Positions 48,646 to 57,743 of a DNA stretch of 64,000 bases are shown here, one piece after another (the first letter of the stretch is position 1; every line of letters begins with the position of its first letter). The notes under the pieces were generated by a model. That model was not told the DNA's origin and ran no database searches. It saw only the letters and a program-made list of their open reading frames with translations. Position numbers and translations under genes: made by a program. Source of the stretch: Deferribacterales bacterium (lineage in GTDB: Bacteria; Chrysiogenota; Deferribacteres; Deferribacterales; Geovibrionaceae); NCBI GenBank assembly GCA_050251875.1, contig JBFWMA010000007.1, positions 1 to 64,000 of the forward strand, read 5' to 3'.

Positions 48646-50256
48646 ATGAGATTCCAAAAATTTAACAATATCATAGACAAAACCAACAACTATATCTTCA
48701 GAAAAGCGTTTATCATATTCGCCATCACCGGGCTGATAACAACGCCGGTAATCTCATATCTTTTTCTGCACAAACCCGAAAGCATGCTGGAATCCTATTA
48801 CAGCGCCGAGGCGTCATCTATCAGATACAGCTCCGAGGTGATATCCGACAGAGTGGCTAAGGTGACCGAAGACACACGGTTTCTGGCGGGCATGCTGGAG
48901 CTCGGCGACTATATCAAACAGGGCGACAAACGCTCTATGGACAATTTCAAAAGCAACCTGATCAACTTCGCCTCCCTGTCGAAAAACTACGACCAGCTGA
49001 GATATCTGGACTCCACAGGACAGGAGCTGGTACGCATAAATTATAAATCCGGCATACCGTACATCGTCTCTCAGGATGATCTTCAGAACAAATCAAAAAG
49101 ATATTATTTCACAGGCGCCATTAGCATGGACAGAAACGATGTCTACATATCGCCCATAGACCTGAATATGGAGAACGGAGTTCTGGAGATGCCGTTTAAG
49201 CCTATGATGCGGTTCGCCGCTCAGGTGCGTGACAGTCATTATGATATCAAAGGCGTGTTCGTAATTAACTATTCCGTAAACGAAATGTTCTCACGTCTGA
49301 AACAGCTCTCCACAGGGTCTCCCGGAAACATCATGCTGCTGAACGGAGACGGGTACTGGCTTCTGAGCAACGTGGAGGACGACCAGTGGGGTTTCATGCT
49401 CTCTGAGAGGGATTCCAGACTGTTTCCCAACGATTATCTGAACGAGTGGGAAAAGATGAAGGAAGCGGACTGCGGACAGTTTCTGACAGACAAAGGACTC
49501 TTCACCTATCAAAGACTCTATATCCTGAAAAACGGGTCTGTATCAACATCACTGTCCAATGACAATAAACTGATATATCACTACAGTATTGTGGTGTTAA
49601 AGCATATCCCCACAGCCGTCATGGACAAGATACAGAAAGCGAAAATAATCAGCACGCTGGAGATCATCAGCGTTATATTCATCCTCTCATGCATCCCCGC
49701 CTGGTTTATAGCCAGACTGTATACCCGGAAAAAACTGAACAGGGAAATAATAGATATCAGCTCCAAGTATGACGCGCTGACAAAACTTCCCAACTCAGCC
49801 TCATTTCAGTCTGCCATGCCGGAGGCTATCAAAAACGCTGAGAAATACCGCCACGCTTTCGCCGTCATGATTATCAGCATGGATAACTACAGCCACATAG
49901 TAGATACGTTCGGCAAAAAAGCCGGGGACAATCTGGTGATATCGCTCACAGACCGCATCGGCGAAAAACTGAACGAAAGAACCTACATGGCGAGGATAAA
50001 AGAAGACACCTTCGCTGTCATCGTCCACGACATAAAATCATCCGGAAACGCTGAACAGACCGCCGCCGCTATTATACAGACAGCAGAAGTCACCAACGCC
50101 GTGTATGGAAAAGAATCAAAAACATCTCTCAGTATCGGCATCAGCATTTATCCCGAGAGCGGATACGAAAGCTCAGAACTGACAGCAAAAGCCGAAAAAG
50201 CCGTGATCTCGGCAAAACAGTCCGGAAGCAACTCCTACCGCATATTCCAGCCCTGA
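48646..50256 (+). CDS. Cache-domain membrane protein with degenerate GGDEF domain
   Basis: 'YDQLRYLD..GQELVRI', 'YDALTKLPN'; active-site position reads ARIKEDTF. Confidence 0.85.
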   Translation: MRFQKFNNIIDKTNNYIFRKAFIIFAITGLITTPVISYLFLHKPESMLESYYSAEASSIRYSSEVISDRVAKVTEDTRFLAGMLELGDYIKQGDKRSMDNFKSNLINFASLSKNYDQLRYLDSTGQELVRINYKSGIPYIVSQDDLQNKSKRYYFTGAISMDRNDVYISPIDLNMENGVLEMPFKPMMRFAAQVRDSHYDIKGVFVINYSVNEMFSRLKQLSTGSPGNIMLLNGDGYWLLSNVEDDQWGFMLSERDSRLFPNDYLNEWEKMKEADCGQFLTDKGLFTYQRLYILKNGSVSTSLSNDNKLIYHYSIVVLKHIPTAVMDKIQKAKIISTLEIISVIFILSCIPAWFIARLYTRKKLNREIIDISSKYDALTKLPNSASFQSAMPEAIKNAEKYRHAFAVMIISMDNYSHIVDTFGKKAGDNLVISLTDRIGEKLNERTYMARIKEDTFAVIVHDIKSSGNAEQTAAAIIQTAEVTNAVYGKESKTSLSIGISIYPESGYESSELTAKAEKAVISAKQSGSNSYRIFQP

Positions 50257-50659
50257 CAGTCATATCTGAAATCCTGAAAAACACCCTGCGTTTTTTTAGT
50301 TTTTGAATTTTTCACGTTTTTTCACGCCTTTTCACAAGTCATATTTTGAGATTATCGCCATATTTCCATATTTTTTACCCTTCAATACCCACATATCACA
50401 CCATTAGAGGCAATTTTTTATACATATTATCATGTTATCTGAAATCATATTCTATATCTGCATATTGTTTACATATAATATATTTATTACATTATATCAA
50501 TATGTTATATAACATTATTCCTATTCTACACCTCTCTGAACACGTCTTTACTCCCAATACACAGGCAATTTTTTAGGTGATTTTTATATTTTCTCAGAAT
50601 TATTTTATTTTTCCGCAATTTTTTTATTGACTTGCGCTAAACTTGGTAATAAATAGCTA

Positions 50660-50691
50660 TGACTAAATAGTCAGCAGTGACCATAAAGTCA
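50660..50691. promoter_or_regulatory. tandem TetR-type operators
   Basis: TGACTAAATAGTCA (50660..50673) and TGACCATAAAGTCA (50678..50691), downstream of TTGACT (50627..50632). Confidence 0.7.
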
Positions 50692-50712
50692 CAAACAGCG
50701 GGAGACAAATAA

Positions 50713-51372
50713 ATGGGTGTCGCCTCTATGACAGCTCACAAAAAGAGCAGAACCGAGCTCCGGTCGGAAGCAACCAGACAGTCGCTGATGACAGCGGCCA
50801 AAGAGGTGTTCGCTGAAAGCGGGCTGGATATCTCCACCATAGATGACATCACAGCCAGAGCCAACGTGGGCAAGGGAACTTTTTATCTGCACTTCGCCAA
50901 TAAGAGCGAGCTGATAAATGTTCTGATAACAGCCTCCATGTCTGAGCTGTGCGCCGCTCTGGACAAGGCATGCAAAAACCAGAACGATCTCGATTCTCTT
51001 CTGGACAGCCTTATCCGCGCGCATCTGAAGTTTTTCTCCGAACGCAGGAGCGACTTTATACTGTTTTTTCAGGGCAGATCAGACCTGACTATCAAACACA
51101 GCTATGAGGGGATAGACGAACCCATCCTCAGCTATCTGGAACATGTGGCGGAGCTGATAGACAATGTTGTCAAATATCACCTGCCCCAGAGCTCGCTCAC
51201 CAGAATAGCGTGCGCCGTTGCCGGATTTTTGTCCGGATATTTCTCTTTTGCCGTCATCTCCAACGATGAGGCAAATCTGGAAGAGATGCTGAACCCTGTG
51301 AGAAAGGCGCTGGTGGCGTCTCTGTCACGTTTTATAAAGGAAGCCGTGCCTGCTGACGCAGGCAGCATATAG
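50713..51372 (+). CDS. TetR/AcrR family regulator
   Basis: 'STIDDITARANVGKGTFYLHFANKSEL'. Confidence 0.92.
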   Translation: MGVASMTAHKKSRTELRSEATRQSLMTAAKEVFAESGLDISTIDDITARANVGKGTFYLHFANKSELINVLITASMSELCAALDKACKNQNDLDSLLDSLIRAHLKFFSERRSDFILFFQGRSDLTIKHSYEGIDEPILSYLEHVAELIDNVVKYHLPQSSLTRIACAVAGFLSGYFSFAVISNDEANLEEMLNPVRKALVASLSRFIKEAVPADAGSI

Positions 51373-51398
51373 AGCCCGAACATACAACACGAGGTGCA

Positions 51399-51821
51399 AT
51401 GATGACAAACGCATCAGCAGTATCAACACCGTCCAAATGGACACAATTAGTCGAAGAGGCTAAAGAACGCAAAGTCTGGGGTATTGCGTCCAGCTTTGAT
51501 ATATACAACTGCAATCCGGAAACAATACGAAGCGCTGATGCCATCCGTCAGTTCGTCATCGAGCTCTGCGATCTCATAGAGATGAAGAGATTCGGCGAAA
51601 CAGTCGTTGTTCACTTCGGCGAGGACGAAAAAGTTGAGGGGTTCTCCATGACACAGCTCATAGAGACATCTCTGATATCCGCCCACTTCGCTAACCTGAC
51701 AAACGCTACATATCTGGACGTTTTCAGCTGCAAACCCTATGACCCCGCTCTGGTGGAGGAATTCGCCGTAAAATTTTTCGGCGGCACCCACTGCAAGACA
51801 AACGTGAACCTCAGGCACTGA
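51399..51821 (+). CDS. pyruvoyl-dependent AdoMet decarboxylase (SpeD)-like proenzyme
   Basis: 'FDIYNCN', 'GFSMTQLIETSLISAHF', 'YLDVFSCK'. Confidence 0.8.
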   Translation: MMTNASAVSTPSKWTQLVEEAKERKVWGIASSFDIYNCNPETIRSADAIRQFVIELCDLIEMKRFGETVVVHFGEDEKVEGFSMTQLIETSLISAHFANLTNATYLDVFSCKPYDPALVEEFAVKFFGGTHCKTNVNLRH

Positions 51822-51825
51822 GAAA

Positions 51826-52791
51826 GTGAACAAAATATACGCCGTCACAGAATATGACAAATGTATGGCTCTGTGGAAAGAGCTCATCCCAGTGGAGGTC
51901 ATCACCGACATATGGGAAGTGAGAGACTGTTTCCACAGAACATTCAGCAGAGAGCTGTTCTTTGTCGTTTCTGAAAGAGACGGCATCATCAACGGTTTTC
52001 TGCCGCTGTGCTACATCAGCGAAAGCTCATCTTTCGGATATTTTCCGGGTGAATCATGGCACGGCAAAACATGGCTGGAGCAGAACAGGCTGGTAACAGA
52101 CAGCGAAGAGACTCTGAACGACATACTGAGCTATGTTCGCTCAGACGGCAGGGGCACGTTTCACCTGCGCTATCTTAACGCAAGCGAAAAGCTGACATTG
52201 GAAGAGGACGAGACAGGATATCTGTTCACGCCTCCGGCTTACGGTTTCTGCATGGATGAATACTACAAAACATTCAGCGGAAAAACAGCGAAAAAGATAA
52301 AGAAAGAGGTCGCCTCCTTCGATGAGCGAGCCATAGAGACAGTCATAGACCGCTATGAGGACTTTGAGGTTCTGGCGGACATGAACGTGTCACGCTTCGG
52401 TCACGACTCATATTTCTCTGATGAACGCTTCAGAGGCGGTTTCCGCAATATGATGCTCTGGCTGAAAGAGAACGGCATGCTCCGAATGACATCCGTCATG
52501 ATAGACGGGCGCCACGCCGCCATAGACATGGGCAGTATATTCAAAAACACCTATACACTGCTGGCTGGAGGCACATCCGCCGACTATCCGGGAGTGGCGA
52601 AATATATAAACACTATGCACATGAGATATTCATGCGAACAGCGTTTTTCACAGGCTGACTTCCTCTGCGGCAACTTTTCGTGGAAAACGATGTTTCATCT
52701 TGAACCCAGACCTCTTTTCAAGGTATCTAATACTGATGAGTCCGTTTTTGAAAAAATAGCCGAGACGGTCAGCGGAGTATGTTTTGCCTGA
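51826..52791 (+). CDS. GNAT-fold protein (CelD/BcsL, FemAB-like)
   Basis: 'YYKTFSGKTAKKIKKEV', 'DFLCGNFSWKTMF'; GTG start. Confidence 0.7.
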   Translation: MNKIYAVTEYDKCMALWKELIPVEVITDIWEVRDCFHRTFSRELFFVVSERDGIINGFLPLCYISESSSFGYFPGESWHGKTWLEQNRLVTDSEETLNDILSYVRSDGRGTFHLRYLNASEKLTLEEDETGYLFTPPAYGFCMDEYYKTFSGKTAKKIKKEVASFDERAIETVIDRYEDFEVLADMNVSRFGHDSYFSDERFRGGFRNMMLWLKENGMLRMTSVMIDGRHAAIDMGSIFKNTYTLLAGGTSADYPGVAKYINTMHMRYSCEQRFSQADFLCGNFSWKTMFHLEPRPLFKVSNTDESVFEKIAETVSGVCFA

Positions 52792-54034
52792 TAAGAGAGT
52801 GGTCGTGGTGGGTTCCACGGCCGATTACAACGAGATAATCCACAAACAGCTCGGAGACAGAGTGCTGTTTCTGACGGATATACACGAAAGCCTGCAATGG
52901 GACGGCTATAAGCCGCCCCTGAAGGACGAATGTCTCACGGATCTCACAGACACTGAGCTGTCGCTGAGAAACCTGAAAGACCATATGACCCTGCACAAGA
53001 TAAAAATCTCCGGCGTTGCCTGCTTCGACTGCGAATCCCTGCCCATGGCTTCCGCCGTGGCGGACGCTCTCTGCCTCCCCTTCCCTTCATCCGCCAGCAT
53101 AGACCTCTGCCGGTCGAAATCAAAATCACATAAGATATGGGAAGACACAGGCGTTCTCTGCCCCAGAACCAGAACAGCGTCATCGCTGTCCGACATAGAC
53201 GCCGCCCTGAGCGGAACAGGTTTCCCCGCTGTGCTGAAACCCGCAACAGGAAGCGGAAGCGAGCTGGTTTTTCTGGTGAACAGCGCAGATGAGGCACAGG
53301 AGAAATTCCGCTTCATAGAAGAAAAACTGGCTATGCACCACAACACCAGAATGTACGGCACCACCGACTGCACTCTGGAAGAATATATAGACGGCACGGA
53401 ATACAGCTGCGACTGGATTCTGAAAGACGGACAGGCGGAGACAATCCGCTTTTCCCGCAAAATACACGATCACTCGCTCTCATTCGGAACAACATCGGCG
53501 TATGTAGTTCCAGGCGAACGAGACACGGAGCTGAACACGGACGATGTGAAGACAGCTCTGATAAAAGGCGCTCAGGCGCTGGGATTCTCCGACATGATAG
53601 CCATGACAGATATGATGGTGAAGGACGGCAGAATATATCTGCTGGAGATGACCCCCAGAATCGGGGGCGACTGCCTGCCCTGGCTGATAGAGGAATCTTC
53701 CGGTCTGAACATGTTCCGGCTGGCTGTGAACCACGCTGTCAGAAAAATGCCCAACATCCCCGCCGCCGATAAATGGACGGTGAAATGCGCCGTGAGGATA
53801 ATAGCCGACCGGAGCGGAATATTCGACCATGTGGAGATAGACGAGGACAGCAGGATAACAAAAACACTGATAGACAGAAAATCCGGACACGAAATAATCC
53901 TTCCTCCGGAAAACTATGACTCCAGAATTCTGGGATTCGTCATATTCACTCCGGACTCATCAGACACACTGAAAAATCAGGCGGAGAGCGTCAGACGCTC
54001 CGTCAGGATAATATATCAGAATGATTTACGCTAA
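52784..54034 (+). CDS. ATP-grasp ligase (L-amino acid ligase-like)
   Basis: 'GFPAVLKPATGSGSELV', 'LEEYIDGTEYS', 'LLEMTPRIGGD'; TTG start. Confidence 0.88.
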   Translation: MPDKRVVVVGSTADYNEIIHKQLGDRVLFLTDIHESLQWDGYKPPLKDECLTDLTDTELSLRNLKDHMTLHKIKISGVACFDCESLPMASAVADALCLPFPSSASIDLCRSKSKSHKIWEDTGVLCPRTRTASSLSDIDAALSGTGFPAVLKPATGSGSELVFLVNSADEAQEKFRFIEEKLAMHHNTRMYGTTDCTLEEYIDGTEYSCDWILKDGQAETIRFSRKIHDHSLSFGTTSAYVVPGERDTELNTDDVKTALIKGAQALGFSDMIAMTDMMVKDGRIYLLEMTPRIGGDCLPWLIEESSGLNMFRLAVNHAVRKMPNIPAADKWTVKCAVRIIADRSGIFDHVEIDEDSRITKTLIDRKSGHEIILPPENYDSRILGFVIFTPDSSDTLKNQAESVRRSVRIIYQNDLR

Positions 54035-55343
54035 CTATCTGGACTCTCTGAAAGAAATTCTGGGCAAAACAACCCCGAGACTGCCCGATGAGCACATTGA
54101 AAACACGGTGGATTATATCCACTCCATCTCCGGCACGCTGAAGCTGGCAAAGGAAAAATTCGGATCGCCGCTCTATATCATAGACGAACAGGGGCTTCTT
54201 TCACACGCCGAACGCTTTATGTCCGCTTTCAGCGAATGTTTCGAAAGATTTCAGCCGTTCTTCGCCATGAAGAGCAACAATCACTCGTATATAATCAAAA
54301 CCCTGTCCGAAAACGGATACGGAATAGACGTGTCCAGCGGTGCGGAGCTGACAACAGCCCTGAAAGCGGGGGCTGACAGAATAGTTTTCAGCGGACCCGG
54401 AAAAACACAGAAAGAGCTGGCTCTGGCTGTAAAACACTCAGAAAAAGTTACCGTGCTGATGGACAGCCTGAACGAGCTGGAAAAGCTGAGCGCCGAGGCG
54501 GACAGGCAGAACAGGACAGTAAGAGCCGGGGTGCGCATCACGACACAGAATAATCCTCTCTGGCGCAAGTTCGGCATAGCTGCCGACTCCTTGCCTGTTT
54601 TCATGGATAAAGCCGCTGAGAAGCGCAATATAGACTTCTGCGGGCTTCAGTTTCACTCCAGCTGGAATCTGACTCCGGACAACCATGTCAGACTGATAGA
54701 GACCATCGGTCACGCCATATCCGGACTGAGCGCCGGACAGCGTGAAAAAATAAAATTTCTGGACATGGGCGGAGGCTACTGGGTGGAAGACGGCGAATGG
54801 ATGCTGGCGGACACCGCTCAGGAGATAAAAGTAGCCAAGCACCTGACAGATATAACAACCGATCCGCTGGATCACAGATATCTCCCCGCCACGGATATCA
54901 GAACATATGCCAGGGCTCTCTCTGAGGCTTTCAACAAACACATCCGCCCGCTGACCGACTGCGATGTATACGCTGAGCCGGGAAGATTCGTGGCGCACCA
55001 CAGCATGCACCTGCTGCTCAGCGTGGAAGATATCAAAGAACCGGACATCGCCATTACAGACGGCGCCACAAACATTCTGGGCTGGGAAAGATATGAGATG
55101 GATTATTTTCCGGTGGTGAACATCACCAGCCGGTCAAAAACAGAAAAACCGATGATGGTGCTCGGCTCGCTCTGCACACCGCACGATGTGTGGGGGGCGG
55201 CGTATCACGGCGAAAGCATGAACATAGGCGACACGCTGATAATTCCTTATCAGGGCGCGTATACCTACTGTCTCCGTCAGAATTTTATCAAAGACATTCC
55301 CGAAAGTGTCGTTTTCAGAGGATCTGAACTCTTCAAGGCATAA
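54021..55343 (+). CDS. fold-type III PLP-dependent decarboxylase (LysA/BtrK/PvsE-like)
   Basis: FAMKSN (PLP lysine), 'SGPGKT', 'KFG', LDMGGG, EPGRF, GSLCTPHD, GAY. Confidence 0.9.
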   Translation: MIYANYLDSLKEILGKTTPRLPDEHIENTVDYIHSISGTLKLAKEKFGSPLYIIDEQGLLSHAERFMSAFSECFERFQPFFAMKSNNHSYIIKTLSENGYGIDVSSGAELTTALKAGADRIVFSGPGKTQKELALAVKHSEKVTVLMDSLNELEKLSAEADRQNRTVRAGVRITTQNNPLWRKFGIAADSLPVFMDKAAEKRNIDFCGLQFHSSWNLTPDNHVRLIETIGHAISGLSAGQREKIKFLDMGGGYWVEDGEWMLADTAQEIKVAKHLTDITTDPLDHRYLPATDIRTYARALSEAFNKHIRPLTDCDVYAEPGRFVAHHSMHLLLSVEDIKEPDIAITDGATNILGWERYEMDYFPVVNITSRSKTEKPMMVLGSLCTPHDVWGAAYHGESMNIGDTLIIPYQGAYTYCLRQNFIKDIPESVVFRGSELFKA

Positions 55344-55373
55344 AAAAACCGCACCCATAAAATGAGTGCGGTT
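55342..55373 (-). terminator. terminator between the operon and tRNA-Val
   Basis: A7 run then AACCGCAC...GTGCGGTT stem. Confidence 0.75.
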
Positions 55374-55377
55374 GAAA

Positions 55378-55449
55378 TAGGCACGGACGGTTTCGAACCG
55401 TCGACCCTTGCCACGTCAAGGCAATGCTCTCCCACTGAGCTACGCGCCT
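55378..55449 (-). tRNA. tRNA-Val(GAC)
   Basis: AGGCGCG acceptor; TAGCTCAGTGGGAGAGC D-arm; TTGCC-TTGACGT-GGCAA anticodon arm; GGTTCGAAACC; no encoded CCA. Confidence 0.97.
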
Positions 55450-55553
55450 TCGGAGTACAGATAATACATATTCGACTGACCTTTTTCAAGATTTTTTTTC
55501 AAAGGGCTCAATTTTATATTACAAAATCGCCGGACACATAATATATTAAACAT

Positions 55554-56183
55554 ATGAGCAAAATACGCAACGGCGCTTTCCGCCGCAACACCGAAAAATA
55601 TGACGAGTGGTTCGAAAGAAATCTCTATGCCTACGAGTCTGAACTGCTCCTTCTGCAAAGCCTGAAAATGCACGGCAGGATGATAGAGATCGGTGTGGGT
55701 ACAGGAAAATTCGCCTTCCCTCTGGGGATCAAGCTGGGTGTGGAACCCACGGAGCAGATGTATAGAAAAGCTGTGGAACTGGGCATAGACACGATATGCG
55801 CCGTGGCGGAAGATCTGCCTCTGAGATCAGATATTTTTGACTGGGTTCTGATGGTTACCACCATATGTTTTGTGAACGACCCGCAGAAGGCATGTGACGA
55901 AATATTCCGTATCTTGAAAAAAGGCGGACACATAGCGGTTGCCTTCGTGGATAAAGACACCGATCTGGGCGCAAAATATCTGGCGAAAAAATCTGAAAGC
56001 GTTTTTTATCAGGAGGCGGAGTTCTACAGCACGGAAGATATCATCCGCATAATGAAAAAGGCCGGATTCACAGATATAAAAACATATCAGACGCTGATTG
56101 ACAGCTCTCTGAGCTATGCCGAACAGCCGTCAGAAGGTCACGGCAAGGGCGGTTTCGCCGCTGTGACTGGGATGAAACCCTAG
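55554..56183 (+). CDS. class I SAM-dependent methyltransferase
   Basis: 'YDEWF', 'IEIGVGTGKF', 'AEDLP', 'VTTICFV'. Confidence 0.9.
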   Translation: MSKIRNGAFRRNTEKYDEWFERNLYAYESELLLLQSLKMHGRMIEIGVGTGKFAFPLGIKLGVEPTEQMYRKAVELGIDTICAVAEDLPLRSDIFDWVLMVTTICFVNDPQKACDEIFRILKKGGHIAVAFVDKDTDLGAKYLAKKSESVFYQEAEFYSTEDIIRIMKKAGFTDIKTYQTLIDSSLSYAEQPSEGHGKGGFAAVTGMKP

Positions 56184-56869
56184 CCCCAGCTCAGCTTTCC
56201 TCCGTTGAACCCTATAACAGCCAGCACAGGCACATTCAGAAAAATCATAGCGTGATAAAACAGAGAAGCCATACCCTGCCCCGTACCTATCTCCGGAGAC
56301 ATCAGACGCATGATGACCTCCAGCAGACACATAAAGAACAGTATGATGGAGAAGGCAATCTTCATGCCGAATATTTTGTTCATAGTCAGCTCATAGTTAA
56401 CCCACCAGCTGACGAATCCGGAGCCGATAGTAGGGATGAGAAACAGCACGGAAGCCGCCAGAGAATAGAATCCGGCAGACTCGAAGGAGTCTTTTCCGGT
56501 GGCGAGAAATATTATCTGCATGATAACGGTGAAGTTGATGAGCCCCATAGGAAAATGTATGAACATAGGGTGCGGGTGAAAAAGTCTGTATAGTTTTCTG
56601 ACGGTATCTTTAAATGTTTTTTCCTGTTTTTCGGCGGTCTTTTTGACAGCCTCCAGAGTGCCTACCTGAGAAAAACGCTCCAGAACCTCCGGACCGTGCG
56701 GAGCGGATTTCAGCGCCTCGGAGAGATCCATTCCGGCGAAGTGTTTGTTAACGTGTTTGCCGTTTTTCCAGAGTCTGCTGTCGGTTACATCATAAACCTT
56801 TCCCTCGTTGGAAACATAGCTCTTTCTCCCCTCTTTTCCGTCAAAAGTTTGCAGTTCCTCTTTTTTCAC
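56180..56869 (-). CDS. cytochrome b5-like heme domain fused to a DUF2231-like membrane domain
   Basis: 'GKVYDVT..LWKNGKH..HFAGMDL...APHG' then 'HPMFIHFP' and 4 TMs. Confidence 0.8.
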   Translation of the reverse strand: MKKEELQTFDGKEGRKSYVSNEGKVYDVTDSRLWKNGKHVNKHFAGMDLSEALKSAPHGPEVLERFSQVGTLEAVKKTAEKQEKTFKDTVRKLYRLFHPHPMFIHFPMGLINFTVIMQIIFLATGKDSFESAGFYSLAASVLFLIPTIGSGFVSWWVNYELTMNKIFGMKIAFSIILFFMCLLEVIMRLMSPEIGTGQGMASLFYHAMIFLNVPVLAVIGFNGGKLSWG

Positions 56870-56975
56870 TTTGCACTCCGAAAAAAAATTGTTTATTATC
56901 TGAATTTAGTATACATAGCGCCGATTTTCAAGGCTAGTTGTATCTTAAATTTATTTAAACACGGCAGTAACATTT

Positions 56976-57743
56976 ATGAATAAATTACACGTTTTCCTGA
57001 TAATGCTTATAGTCTTCATGTATTCCTGCTCCACAGCGACCCAGAACTTTACAGACTCCCCCGTCACAAACGAGATAAATCCTCAGAAAAGAAAGCTGAA
57101 ATCCATGCAGTACACCATCCAGGCGGGAGCGTTCGGCAATATATCAAACGCCGTCCGGCTGGAAAAAAAGCTGGACAGAAGCGGACTGGAAGCCTACTAC
57201 TTTCTGGATGTCGACAACCTGTACAAAGTCAGGTTCGGAAACTTTCAGTCGAGAGCCGCCGCCACAGCCGCCGCTAAAAAGATGCAGGACAGAGGATATA
57301 TAGACGTATACTACGTTGTCGCGCCCGAAGAATATGAGGCGGCAAAGCCGGAATATCTCACAGACATCACTGGGCTCAGAGCGGCAATAGTTGAAACAGC
57401 GAGAAGATATCTGGGCGTGCCCTATGAATGGGGCGGAACAAACGACTCAGGATTCGACTGCAGCGGTCTCACCATGGCAGTCTACAGGCTGAACGGACTC
57501 GACCTGCCCAGAGTATCATACGAACAGTTCAAAGAGGGCACATATGTCAGCAAAGAGGAACTGCGCCCGGGCGACCTCGTGTTCTTCGACACCAGAAGGC
57601 TGGGCAGAGTATCCCACGTCGGCATATATATAGGAAATGATATGTTTATCCACGCCCCCAGAACAGGGCAGAAAGTGAAGGTGGAGAGCCTTTCGCTGGA
57701 TTATTTCGTCAGATCATACAGAGGAGCCAGAAGCTACTTCTAG
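56976..57743 (+). CDS. SPOR + NlpC/P60 peptidoglycan endopeptidase lipoprotein
   Basis: Lipobox-like MYSC; 'YTIQAGAF' SPOR; 'GVPYEWGG..GFDCSG', 'HVGIYIG..FIHA'. Confidence 0.92.
   Translation: MNKLHVFLIMLIVFMYSCSTATQNFTDSPVTNEINPQKRKLKSMQYTIQAGAFGNISNAVRLEKKLDRSGLEAYYFLDVDNLYKVRFGNFQSRAAATAAAKKMQDRGYIDVYYVVAPEEYEAAKPEYLTDITGLRAAIVETARRYLGVPYEWGGTNDSGFDCSGLTMAVYRLNGLDLPRVSYEQFKEGTYVSKEELRPGDLVFFDTRRLGRVSHVGIYIGNDMFIHAPRTGQKVKVESLSLDYFVRSYRGARSYF

Noticed and set aside
50257..50626. Replication origin, or the small CDS 50346..50576
   Set aside because: No DnaA boxes seen; the ORF has a TTG start, low-complexity AT-driven composition and no SD
54021..55343. Housekeeping lysA
   Set aside because: HIGS and CESxD motifs are replaced (HSSW, CTPHD), and the context is an ATP-grasp/GNAT operon
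50257..55449. Intact tRNA-Val-integrated genomic island
   Set aside because: I found no duplicated tRNA-Val 3' end and no integrase; operon composition resembles the host
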